A DNA stretch of 64,000 nucleotides from Thermodesulfobacteriota bacterium (GTDB lineage: Bacteria > Desulfobacterota > Binatia > Bin18), in assembly GCA_964291405.2 (NCBI GenBank), contig OZ219926.1:1344001-1408000 (forward strand). Reading direction: 5' to 3'. Position numbers and translations under genes: made by a program. Within the stretch, counting starts at the first letter, position 1, and each line of letters opens with the position of its first letter. Below the pieces are notes generated by a model. It was not told the origin of the DNA. It saw nothing but the letters and a program-made list of their open reading frames with translations, and ran no database searches. Of this stretch, positions 10,600-19,917 are shown piece after piece.

Positions 10600-11367
10600 A
10601 TGACCTTACGAGATAAGATCATCATCGTCACCGCTCTCGTGCTGCTGTCCGTTCTGGCCTGGATTGCCACCGTGCACCAGGCCGGAGGGATGGGGCTTGG
10701 CCTGATGACCATGAGTATGACTATGGGCCTGCCATTCTCGGTCTCTAATGCAGTCCTGTACATTGCCCTCTGGGGTGTCATGATGGTGGCCATGATGTTC
10801 CCGTCTGTCGCGCCAACGGCCGTGCTGTTCGCCACCGTAACGCGCCAAAAACGAGAGCAGGCTGCCCCCTTTGCTCCGGCGTGGCTCTTTACCGCTGGGT
10901 ATGCCGTGCTGTGGACCCTGACTGGCGGGGTGGCCTATGCTGGGGACATCGCCATCCAGTCCCTGCCCGACACTTTTCTTGGCCTGCGAACGTATGGCTC
11001 TGCTATCGGTGGGCTGACCCTGATCATCGCCGGCCTGTATCAGCTCAGCCCGCTCAAATACGTCTGCCTGTCGAAATGTCGCTCCCCACTCGGCTTCCTG
11101 CTCAATAGTTGGCGAGACGGGTACTGGGGGGCGTTTCGGATGGGCTTGCACCACGGCGCCTACTGCCTGGGGTGTTGCTGGAGTCTGATGGCCGTGCTGT
11201 TCGTTGTCGGCACCATGAACCTGGTGTGGATGGGTGTTTTGACCCTGATTATTTTTATGGAGAAGATTCTTCCCTACGGGGTGGCACTGGGAAAAGGCAC
11301 GGGCATTGGCCTGATCGGCCTGGGACTGGTCCTGGTTGTCGCCCCCAGTACGCTGGCCGTGGGCTAA
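10600..11367 (+). CDS. DUF2182 predicted metal-binding integral membrane protein
   Basis: 'W..MMVAMMFPS', 'GLYQLSPLK..CL..CRSP', 'YCLGCCW.LM..LF..G.MN..WM...EK'. Confidence 0.88.
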   Translation: MTLRDKIIIVTALVLLSVLAWIATVHQAGGMGLGLMTMSMTMGLPFSVSNAVLYIALWGVMMVAMMFPSVAPTAVLFATVTRQKREQAAPFAPAWLFTAGYAVLWTLTGGVAYAGDIAIQSLPDTFLGLRTYGSAIGGLTLIIAGLYQLSPLKYVCLSKCRSPLGFLLNSWRDGYWGAFRMGLHHGAYCLGCCWSLMAVLFVVGTMNLVWMGVLTLIIFMEKILPYGVALGKGTGIGLIGLGLVLVVAPSTLAVG

Positions 11368-11420
11368 GCCGGCGACGCAAGAGCACTATTCGTTGTTTTT
11401 TTAAGACATAGGAAACACGA

Positions 11421-12980
11421 ATGCCAACACCAGGTTGGGACGATTATATCGCCCAACTCCGGCACCGAAAGACTGAAGCACGGAGCCAGGGCGGTCCCGA
11501 GGCCATCGCTCGGGCGCATAGGCGGGGGAAGCTGACCGCCCGTGAACGGCTGACCTTACTCCTAGACGAGGACAGCTTCCACGAAATTGGACTGCTGGCC
11601 GAAGGCAGCGTAGACACGCCTGGGAAACCCGCCCAGCACCTCCCAGCCGACGGAGTGGTAACGGGCTGGGGCACGATACACGGCCGCCATGTGTGTGTGG
11701 TGGCCGACGACGGTACCTTGGTGGGAGGAGCGGCCAGCCTGAAGAATATTGCCAAACGCTTTCGCCTGCGCCGCTTGGCCCTGGAACAGGGCTATCCTTT
11801 CATTGGCCTCTATGAAGGCTCTGCCATCCGCTTCCAGGACTCGATGCAGGCCCGCCAGATGACCCAAGTGCCGGCCTTTCGAGAAGTCACCGATTGTGTA
11901 GGGAGGATTCCTCAGGTCGCCGCCATGCTGGGTGCCTGTTTTGGCCGGCCGCCCATTGATGGGCTGTACGCCGATTTTACGCTGATGGTCAAAGGTTCCG
12001 GCTTTGTCGGCTGGTCCGGACCGACCCTGGTCCGGGGCGGGCTTGGCGAGGCGGTCGATATCGACCGCCTCGCCGGCCCTGATATGCACGCCCGGACAAC
12101 CGGGTTTGTTGATCGGGTCTCAGCCAATGAGCAGGAGTGTATTGCCGCTATCCGGACCTTTCTCACCTTTATGCCTCAAAACTGCTGGGAGCTGCCGCCG
12201 CGCGAGCCCTCCACCGATGACCCCAACCGTCTGTGCCCCGAACTGCTCGATATCGTCCCTACTCGTCTCCGCAAGCCGTACGACGTCGCCCGGGTGATCG
12301 CCGCTCTTGTTGACCACGGTCAGACCTTTGTTTACAAGCCAGACTTCGGCCAAAGCGTCATGACCTGCCTCGCCCGTCTTGACGGGCTCGTGGTGGGGAT
12401 TGTGGCCAGTCAGCCGGACTACCAGGCCGGAGCCCTGGACTGGGCGTCAGCGGCCAAGGTCCGCCGTTTTATTGCAGTCTGTGACTCGTTTCACATTCCG
12501 CTCGTTTTTCTGCAGGACCAACCAGGCTTTCTCATTGGCCAACAGGCCGAGACCAGCAATATGCTCTACTGGGGCGGTACGCTGATCGATGCGGTGGAGC
12601 GGGCAGGCACTCCCAAGATCACTCTTATTCTGCGCAAGGCGCATGGCGCGGCGATGTGGGCCATGGGTGGACGCGGGAGCCCGTATTCGCCCGATCTACA
12701 AATTGCCTGGCCGCTCGCGATCATGACCGGCACCGGTCCGACCTCGGCCGTCTATACGGTCCACAGCCGGGAGCTGCAAGAAGCGCGCGACCCAGACCAG
12801 TTACAGGCTGAACTGGAGGCCAAGTACAGTCGCCAGGGATCGGTCTACGAAGCCGCGGCCGCATTTGGGGTTGATGATATTATTGAACCGCCCGAGACCC
12901 GTCGGTACCTGATTCAGGCCCTGGCCTTTCTGTGTGGCAAACAGACCCGACAGCTCGGACCCAAAGTCCGCTGTCCCTAG
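11421..12980 (+). CDS. Acyl-CoA carboxylase carboxyltransferase (beta) subunit-like
   Basis: 'GKLTARERL..LLD..SF.E', 'PADGVVTG.G.I.GR', 'CDSFHIPLVFLQDQPGF..G', 'RKAHG'. Confidence 0.88.
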   Translation: MPTPGWDDYIAQLRHRKTEARSQGGPEAIARAHRRGKLTARERLTLLLDEDSFHEIGLLAEGSVDTPGKPAQHLPADGVVTGWGTIHGRHVCVVADDGTLVGGAASLKNIAKRFRLRRLALEQGYPFIGLYEGSAIRFQDSMQARQMTQVPAFREVTDCVGRIPQVAAMLGACFGRPPIDGLYADFTLMVKGSGFVGWSGPTLVRGGLGEAVDIDRLAGPDMHARTTGFVDRVSANEQECIAAIRTFLTFMPQNCWELPPREPSTDDPNRLCPELLDIVPTRLRKPYDVARVIAALVDHGQTFVYKPDFGQSVMTCLARLDGLVVGIVASQPDYQAGALDWASAAKVRRFIAVCDSFHIPLVFLQDQPGFLIGQQAETSNMLYWGGTLIDAVERAGTPKITLILRKAHGAAMWAMGGRGSPYSPDLQIAWPLAIMTGTGPTSAVYTVHSRELQEARDPDQLQAELEAKYSRQGSVYEAAAAFGVDDIIEPPETRRYLIQALAFLCGKQTRQLGPKVRCP

Positions 12981-13506
12981 GCGATAAATTCTCGGAGAAA
13001 ACGGATGCTACGCTATAGAGGCTATCGAGTCGAGCACCTGGATATCATCTTCACCGAAATCTTTCACCCTTCGTATAGGTCGAACCGTCTTCCTTTATGT
13101 ATCGACGAAGGCCGCCGTGCTCCGAGTAGTGGTTCACCTATTCCGGCGTTGGGGTCATCTCGGGCTGGAAGTGTGAGGCCAACGAGCCACTGTCCATCTC
13201 AATGAAGACATGGTACTCGCTTGGGACCCGATTCCCCGGGACCGAGCGGACCGATGTCCTCAACGCAGGTGCCTGTGACAGTGCAGATGTCGGCTTTGTC
13301 GCCATCTGGAACTGGGGGAATCTGGGGGGGGATGGGACCTACACGGCCATTGTCTACGATAACGCGGTGGAGTTTGCCCGCAGCACGTTTACGGCCACAA
13401 CGCTGGAGAGGCATTTGTGGAGGGGGCGAGCGGCAAGTGCACTATTGCGGATTTTCCGGCCTCTGGGGAGAGTGCGCGGTTTGCGTGGAATGAGAACTCG
13501 TGCTGG

Positions 13507-14109
13507 TTCTTGGCTCATCCGCGCCCTCCAGGGCACCAATGAGCTCGGTCCATGGACGACCTGGCTCCGATGCAGCATTATGACGCAGCGGTTATCCCAG
13601 ATCACCAGGTCACGGGACGTGTATCTGCCACCGCCGCCCGACCGGTCCAGAGCAGCTCGGCGATCCCGGCCAACCCCAGACCGGCGTGGCGGCTGACCAT
13701 GGCGGCCCGACCACCCGGCAGCTTTCCGTCAGTCGTATTGCCGAACGCAGCAGTCCCTGGGGATCGGCCCAATGATTTCGGGCAGGACTCCGTGCCATGG
13801 TCAACCGTGTACGGGCCTTCTCCCACAATGTGGCTGGCATGCCGACTTCTTTGGCTCGGGCTCGACAAAGAGTGAGTGCTTTCTGCGGATACCGTCTCTT
13901 CGATGAGCGTTGAAACTCCAGGCGAGTTATGAGCAGATATTTCAGGCACCTCATTCCACTGGCGGAGCGCCATCCGAAGCGGCCCGTTGTTTTTCGGATG
14001 TGGTTGAAGCCCCCAGCAATCCCGGCTCAGACTTTCAGGTTCGGCGGACGGGGGCGACGCGTTCAGGCGTCGCGTCATTAAATCGGCAGATTTACCGTGG
14101 CTGTACGCA
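13507..14109 (-). other. Interrupted/scrambled partial duplicate of adjacent tauD 3' half
   Basis: Exact colinear blocks 13507-13519=14346-14358, 13587-13613=14388-14414, 13817-13846=14502-14531, 14074-14109=14618-14653, separated by unrelated inserts. Confidence 0.8.
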
Positions 14110-14283
14110 GTGGAGTGTGGGGAGTCCCATGCGGAGGCCACACTGCCGACAACCGCGTGCGGGTTGTGCATGCGCGCCGGAGGAGCGCCGTGGCTGACCA
14201 GATCGGTAGCGGTGGCGGCGGTGATTGAAGGCGAGCGCATAGCCGGTCGTCGGCAAGCCTCGCGCCAGGGCACCGATAGCAGC

Positions 14284-15141
14284 TTATCGCGACGAACTCC
14301 TGACGTTATCGGCTCCATTGTCCGGGTCATCGCAAGCCACCCGAATTCTTGGCTCATCAGGGGGCCATGGTCGACCGCGATGCAGTAAGCGGTTATCCCA
14401 GATCACCAGGTCACCGACGTGCCACCGGTGTGTAAAAATACGCGGCGGCTGACACGCGCTTTCCGTCAGCTCACGCAGCAGTGAACGACTGCGTTCAACA
14501 TCTTCTCCCACAATGTGGCTGGCATGCCGACCGACAAAGAGTGACTTTCTGCCCGTCTCTTCATGGATGCGGACGATCGGATGCGCGACCGGCGGCAGGG
14601 CTGCGCGTTCGGCGTCGGTCATTAAATCGGCAGATTTACCGTGGCTGTACGCAAAGTCATGCACAACCAGCTTGTCTGCGAGCCAGTCTTTACGCGCGGT
14701 GTCGAGCGCGTCGTACGCCGCCCGCATATCGGCGAACTGGGTTTCTCCTCCCGACGAGGGCAAAGTATGGGCTCGGAGAGCTGAAGCCTTTGAGGTAATA
14801 CGTTTGTATGAGCTGTCGGAGTGCCACTGCCGGTTGCCCCGATTTAACGCATCATAGGGGCCTCCTGCGGAGTCGAGGATGCCGTCCGGACGGACATTCG
14901 CAACTCGGAATATCTCAGGCTTTGTGCCCTCGATTGCCGTTGTGAGCAGACGTTCCAAATGGCCAAAGCGACGACTGAAGGTGATGTGAGCCTCATCATC
15001 GAGATGTTGTTCGGGAAAGGCGAGCACGCCGTATTCGTGCCACGCTTCAATGATCCGCTTGCCGGTTCGATCATCGAGATGATGCAGATTCACACCGTAG
15101 ATACTGGCCCCAAGTGTTGCCTCGCTGGGAACGATCTCCAT
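14284..15141 (-). CDS. TauD/TfdA Fe(II)/2-oxoglutarate dioxygenase (3' end possibly damaged)
   Basis: 'WHSDSSY' (HxD), 'GGETQFADMRAAYDAL', 'HPIVR.H.ETGRKSL', 'HRW..GDLVIWDNR..HR'. Confidence 0.85.
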   Translation of the reverse strand: MEIVPSEATLGASIYGVNLHHLDDRTGKRIIEAWHEYGVLAFPEQHLDDEAHITFSRRFGHLERLLTTAIEGTKPEIFRVANVRPDGILDSAGGPYDALNRGNRQWHSDSSYKRITSKASALRAHTLPSSGGETQFADMRAAYDALDTARKDWLADKLVVHDFAYSHGKSADLMTDAERAALPPVAHPIVRIHEETGRKSLFVGRHASHIVGEDVERSRSLLRELTESACQPPRIFTHRWHVGDLVIWDNRLLHRGRPWPPDEPRIRVACDDPDNGADNVRSSSR

Positions 15142-15236
15142 GAGGCATACTCCTTTCGTTCGTCTCTATGCCAGCCCAATCCCACCTGCAAAACAGGCTG
15201 TCCGCGATCATTCGTCGTGCGTCGAAGCTGCGTCGG

Positions 15237-16250
15237 CTAGTGTATGTGCGGCACGATGTGCGATGTAAAAAGATCGAGCGATCTTTGGCTTTCCTCCGGA
15301 CTCAATGAGCCCCATGCGAACGAACCGACGAAATAATTGATCCCACTCTCCGAGACCAATTGTTGAATTTGATCGCGGACTTTGTCGACCGATCCGATCA
15401 GTATCGTTTCTCCCGCGAGGCAGAGGTCCCACGCAAAAAAATTGTCGTAGGCGTGATCATTGTGCTGATGCCAGAGCTGCATGATTGAGTTGTACCAATC
15501 ATCGTACGCCGGCTTCGCCACCGCAAAGGCTTGTTCGTCGGTTTCCGCCACATAGATTTGGCGCATTGCGCCCAGTTTCAGCGTGTCGGCGCCGCCATTG
15601 CCGCTGTCAGCGGCGACTTCTCGATATCGAGCCATGAGATTCGTGATGAGCGACGGTGGGCCGAGGGTCATGAAGTGCATTCCCTCACGCGCGGCAAATT
15701 CGACCCCGGATTCACTGAACGATGGATACCAGAGCGGCGGATACGGGTCCTGAAACGGTTTGAGAGTCATTGGTACATCTCGAAATTCGAAATGTTTTCC
15801 GGCGTAATTCAGTACATCGTTGCACATCCCTTTACGGAATATCTCGAGGACTTCGGTGAAGATTTCCCGGGTCTCTTCCGGATCGACACTGTAGGTAGCG
15901 ATTTCGTACGGTGACACGCCACGGCTGATGCCAAGTTCCATGCGCCCGTTTGAAAGGTGGTCCAGCATGCAGACTTCCTCTATGAGGCGCAGTGGATGAT
16001 ACATCGGTAACAAATACGCCATGGGGCTGAAGCGGATATGCTTGGTCCTCTGCGCGAGCGCCGCGAAGAATACCGATGGAGAGGGCGCCATACCGAGCGG
16101 AGTCGAATGGTGTTCCGCCAGATGATAGCCGTAAAAATTGGCCTTGTCCGCCGATTCGATCAGTTTGAGACGCGACTCGTACAGATCGCCGACCGAATTC
16201 GAGCCGCGATCAACCCAGTCGAACATCCCGAATTCGATTTTTGCTGACAT
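15237..16250 (-). CDS. Luciferase-like (LLM) flavin-dependent oxidoreductase
   Basis: 'YHLAEHHSTPLGMAPSP', 'HPLRLIEE..MLDHLSNGR.ELG..RG'. Confidence 0.9.
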   Translation of the reverse strand: MSAKIEFGMFDWVDRGSNSVGDLYESRLKLIESADKANFYGYHLAEHHSTPLGMAPSPSVFFAALAQRTKHIRFSPMAYLLPMYHPLRLIEEVCMLDHLSNGRMELGISRGVSPYEIATYSVDPEETREIFTEVLEIFRKGMCNDVLNYAGKHFEFRDVPMTLKPFQDPYPPLWYPSFSESGVEFAAREGMHFMTLGPPSLITNLMARYREVAADSGNGGADTLKLGAMRQIYVAETDEQAFAVAKPAYDDWYNSIMQLWHQHNDHAYDNFFAWDLCLAGETILIGSVDKVRDQIQQLVSESGINYFVGSFAWGSLSPEESQRSLDLFTSHIVPHIH

Positions 16251-16414
16251 TACGGATTCTCCTCTTCCATGCTCACGCTCGCCGTACTTTTCCGAATCTT
16301 ATGATAAGAGGAAAACGGCGAGGGTTTTAGGGCTCGTACAGCTCATAATAATGCTGTTGAGGCATTCCTACCAGGAATCCACTTTTTGCTTAAGATGGTC
16401 CTCAACTCTCCTGA

Positions 16415-16906
16415 TTACAAGAGAATGGACTTGTTCTTATGGCCTGACCACTTCGGCAGATCATCGTGCATGTCCATGACCCGCATCCCATAGAAAATAT
16501 GACACGTGGGTGTGAAGCTCGGTGGCACCTGGGGCGGGCGCCCGAAATCAAATAGGGAGGGAAACGCCAGCCACATCTTGCGGCCCTCATCCGCGATCAG
16601 CGTTCCACACACGGCACAGCTGACTTTGCAGGGGAGAATGCGCTCATACTGCTGCCGCTCGCTATTGTAGAAGCGGAGTTGAGCGATGCCGTGCGTGATG
16701 CGCACGTGGCGTTTGTGAAAAATAGCAGCCCACTGCATAGGCGCGCCGTGCAGCGTCTGGCAGACTACGCAGTGACAGATTTTCGCGTCAACCGGATCTG
16801 CGCTCACTTCGTATTGGACGGCCTGACAGTGGCATCCGGCGCGATATTTTGCCGTAAAGGTCGTGTCCTCAATCGACGCAAATGCGTCTCCAAATTCTTT
16901 TTGCAT
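16415..16906 (-). CDS. GFA/CENP-V family Zn protein
   Basis: CHC..V.Y, CHC..CQ, C..CGT, 'PTCHIFY'. Confidence 0.88.
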   Translation of the reverse strand: MQKEFGDAFASIEDTTFTAKYRAGCHCQAVQYEVSADPVDAKICHCVVCQTLHGAPMQWAAIFHKRHVRITHGIAQLRFYNSERQQYERILPCKVSCAVCGTLIADEGRKMWLAFPSLFDFGRPPQVPPSFTPTCHIFYGMRVMDMHDDLPKWSGHKNKSILL

Positions 16907-16918
16907 AAGGACGCTGCC

Positions 16919-17929
16919 CTACTCCTCCGTACGAGAGAGGCTCAAGCTGGCCTCGGCCAGGCACACGAGCGAGCCCAGTTGATTGGTCCCACGTACGGTA
17001 CAGCCGACCCGACAGTGATCTCCCATGGTCTGTGCCGCCGTCACTTCGCCCTGCAGGGTCACTACATGCCCGGCCCGAAACGGCTCGATCGCACGCATGA
17101 GCAAGCGGCCACCGGAGTAAAACGCGGATAGCGGAAACGACAGAGTGAGCATCTGCTCCACGTAGGACATGGTGGCAGGCCCGGCGTTGACGGCCCCGCC
17201 AAAAATGTTCTGGCGCGCAAACTCCTCATCTGTATGGATATTGCTCGTCATGAGCCGGCCCGCCAACTGGATATCGTTATAGCCCAGAATCGTGTCCTGG
17301 CTCTCCGTGACCTGAAGCGCCGGCAGCGTTGTGCCCACCGTAGCCTGCTCGGTCGTCAGGACCCGACGCGCCTCGGCCACAGGCTGCCCGGGCTTGACTG
17401 TCGTTTCCCACGCCTCGGCCCCTCCTGAGGCCGGTACGGTCTTCTGTCCCTGGACATAGGCGAAGATACAGGTGTAATCGTAGTCGGCGACCATGACCCC
17501 GCGTTGGTTCACCGCTTCCACGCGAAAGGTCACAAACCTGCTGCCGCGTCGTTCATACTTGTCCAGGACCCGACGGGTGGCGGTGATGCAATCGCCGATC
17601 GCGACCGGCACGTGCCACCGAATATCGCACTTGGCAAACGGCGTCTGGCGGCGCGCGGTCTTGGAGTCTTCGAGCGCCACAAAACCGTTGTTCTCCGCCA
17701 GGTCGTAGCGCAGCAGCGGCGCGTAGGCCAACACCATGCTGGGCATGGCCAGGACTGCGGCCGGGTGTGTCGCATCGTTGGTCTGATCCAGTTCCGACCC
17801 ACGGACGTGTTGGGTGGCCTGGGCGTACTCGCGCAGCGTATCCATGGTGATGGTGACCGTAGTCTCGGTTCCGGTCTGACCAATGGCCACCGCGTCATAG
17901 TCCCATAGTTTCTCGGGCTCGTTTGGCAT
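16919..17929 (-). CDS. Double hotdog (tandem MaoC-like) dehydratase
   Basis: 'DKYERRGSRFVTF..EAVNQRG' and 'NIHTDEEFARQ..FGG.V..G...F..P.RAG..VT..GEV'. Confidence 0.75.
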   Translation of the reverse strand: MPNEPEKLWDYDAVAIGQTGTETTVTITMDTLREYAQATQHVRGSELDQTNDATHPAAVLAMPSMVLAYAPLLRYDLAENNGFVALEDSKTARRQTPFAKCDIRWHVPVAIGDCITATRRVLDKYERRGSRFVTFRVEAVNQRGVMVADYDYTCIFAYVQGQKTVPASGGAEAWETTVKPGQPVAEARRVLTTEQATVGTTLPALQVTESQDTILGYNDIQLAGRLMTSNIHTDEEFARQNIFGGAVNAGPATMSYVEQMLTLSFPLSAFYSGGRLLMRAIEPFRAGHVVTLQGEVTAAQTMGDHCRVGCTVRGTNQLGSLVCLAEASLSLSRTEE

Positions 17930-18113
17930 GCATCCCTCCCTGCTCGTCCGTCCGGTGCTCCAGCCTACTCGAGACTGCTCCGGGGTGCAATTTGCGGTAG
18001 CTTGCCAAGAGACGACTCTGTAAGGGTATAAAGAGGAAAGCCCCTTGGGGAGAATCAGTGGAGGGGTCCGCAGGCTGGCCCTGGTACGACCGGCAGAGGA
18101 AAGGAGCAGAGCA

Positions 18114-18485
18114 ATGAGTGCAATTGGAGAGAAGATTTCAGACTACACCGGGAAGGTCACGACGGTGACGCTGACGGAGGCAGGCTCCGTTATGAATGCA
18201 GAGGGAGAAGCCGGACCGTTCGGCACGTACCTGTATACGGCAACGTTCGGTCCGGCGGTGGGTCCGACGGGAGAAACGGGCCCACTGACGGGCCGGGTCC
18301 AGGATTTTCGCCCGGATGGCAGCGTGGTGCCCCAAGTCGTCACGGGAGTGTGGCGTAAGAGCGGGCACCGCCAGTGGGAAGTGAAGGCGATCAACATGGC
18401 CGCAGACGGGAAGTGCCTTTTCTTCGTCGAAGTGTGGGATTTGGCGACGCAGTCGATCTCGGGCACGATCTACGCCTTGGACTAA
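18114..18485 (+). CDS. Hypothetical beta-rich protein
   Basis: RBS AAGGAG, clean ORF, downstream hairpin CATCGCCTC/GAGGCGATG. Confidence 0.65.
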   Translation: MSAIGEKISDYTGKVTTVTLTEAGSVMNAEGEAGPFGTYLYTATFGPAVGPTGETGPLTGRVQDFRPDGSVVPQVVTGVWRKSGHRQWEVKAINMAADGKCLFFVEVWDLATQSISGTIYALD

Positions 18486-18641
18486 GCTTCATCGCCTCCG
18501 AGATTCAAGCTCCAGAGGCGATGATGGCCGTTGACATGCCATTTTCAGCGGGGTATCTCACGTCCACCATATGTCCGCCGCCGGGTTATTCCCCGGTTGC
18601 ATATCACAATAGCAAGCCGTCCAAGCCAATAGAGCACTGGT

Positions 18642-19826
18642 ATGAGTCAAGAAGGAAAACCATTTCTGTTGCAGATGTCCGCGGATCACATGCTGGCCCA
18701 GGCGCGCGAGATGACCGGTATCGACATCATCGACGAGGCGGCCGTAGAACCGTTCCGGCTCTTACACACCGCATATAATACCGATGCCTGTCTGCATGAA
18801 CAGGGCGCGATCGCCATTGAAAAAAAATTATTGCGCCTGCTCTGTAATCGGTTACGGATGCAACGGGACTTTGCCCGGTATCCGGAAATTGCCGAGATCG
18901 AGATTCAAAATCCGGCCTTTGTCTATGGCCAGCTGCGAAGCGGCACCACAAAGATACAGAAGCTCCTGGCAGCCTCCGGTGATTTTCACTATCTCCCCTT
19001 CTGGTGGACGTATAATCCGTCGCTGATCACCGGGTCCATGACGGAGTCACCGCAACCCCGGATTGATGAAGCGGACGCATTTATCCGCTGGTTCGATAGC
19101 ATGTCTCCAGATGCCAAGTTGGGGCACCGTTTTCAAACCTTTGAACCGGAGGAGGAAAGTCTCTTACTCGAACACAGCCTGGTCAGCGGCGTATTCATCG
19201 CGTTCAATACGATGAGCAGTTATATGCAGTGGTTTGCCACCCAGAACCCGACCATGACCGTCGAATACCTGCGCGATATGCTGAAATACCTGCAATGGCA
19301 ATCGGGTGAAAACAAACCCTGGGTCCTAAAAAGTCCGCTGTGGTGCGGCCTGGAACCGTTTATTATTGATGTCTTTCCGGATGCCCGCCTGCTCATGACC
19401 CATCGCACTCCGCACAAGACCATCCCCAGCCTGTTCCGCTTACTGGACACCTTTCACGCCCCGTTTTCCGACAAGCCCCCGGAGTATGAAACGCTCAGAA
19501 TGGGGCTCGCGATGGGCATGGAGCAGCATCTCAAGGTCCGGCAAAGCCGGCCAGACATCAAGATTCTGGACATTCCCTATAATGAAGTCACCGGCCCCAG
19601 TGAGGACGCGGTCACAAAGATCTATAACTTCTGTGGCATGCCCTTGCGTGAGGAGGCCCTACAAAACATACGCAACTGGGAGGCGGCGAATCCCATCCAC
19701 AAATTAGGCGCGTTCACCTATGATCAGGCGGACTATCAGCTGACACAAGACCTGATTAACCGGGACTTCGGCTCTTATTTGGAGTTCCTCAACAGCACGT
19801 TTCCTACAATCTCGAACGCTCAATAA
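18642..19826 (+). CDS. Sulfotransferase family protein
   Basis: PAPS motif 'G..RSGTT', 'LKYLQWQ..WVLKSP', 'FPDAR...THR'. Confidence 0.88.
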   Translation: MSQEGKPFLLQMSADHMLAQAREMTGIDIIDEAAVEPFRLLHTAYNTDACLHEQGAIAIEKKLLRLLCNRLRMQRDFARYPEIAEIEIQNPAFVYGQLRSGTTKIQKLLAASGDFHYLPFWWTYNPSLITGSMTESPQPRIDEADAFIRWFDSMSPDAKLGHRFQTFEPEEESLLLEHSLVSGVFIAFNTMSSYMQWFATQNPTMTVEYLRDMLKYLQWQSGENKPWVLKSPLWCGLEPFIIDVFPDARLLMTHRTPHKTIPSLFRLLDTFHAPFSDKPPEYETLRMGLAMGMEQHLKVRQSRPDIKILDIPYNEVTGPSEDAVTKIYNFCGMPLREEALQNIRNWEAANPIHKLGAFTYDQADYQLTQDLINRDFGSYLEFLNSTFPTISNAQ

Positions 19827-19917
19827 GCAATGAAGGCCGTGGGACCGGGTGATACGGGCTCTTGCAAAGACAAACCCGGTGTGACACCATCGGCTATCTT
19901 TAACTGGAGGGCATGTT

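Noticed and set aside
12995-13040. 'MLRYRGYRVEHL' resembling a citrate synthase or IS6 N-terminal motif
   Set aside because: Too short to assign; no continuation in any frame
13202-14357. ORFs 13202-13696 and 13602-14357 as real genes
   Set aside because: They lie in the scrambled tauD duplicate and contain only patches of TauD sequence
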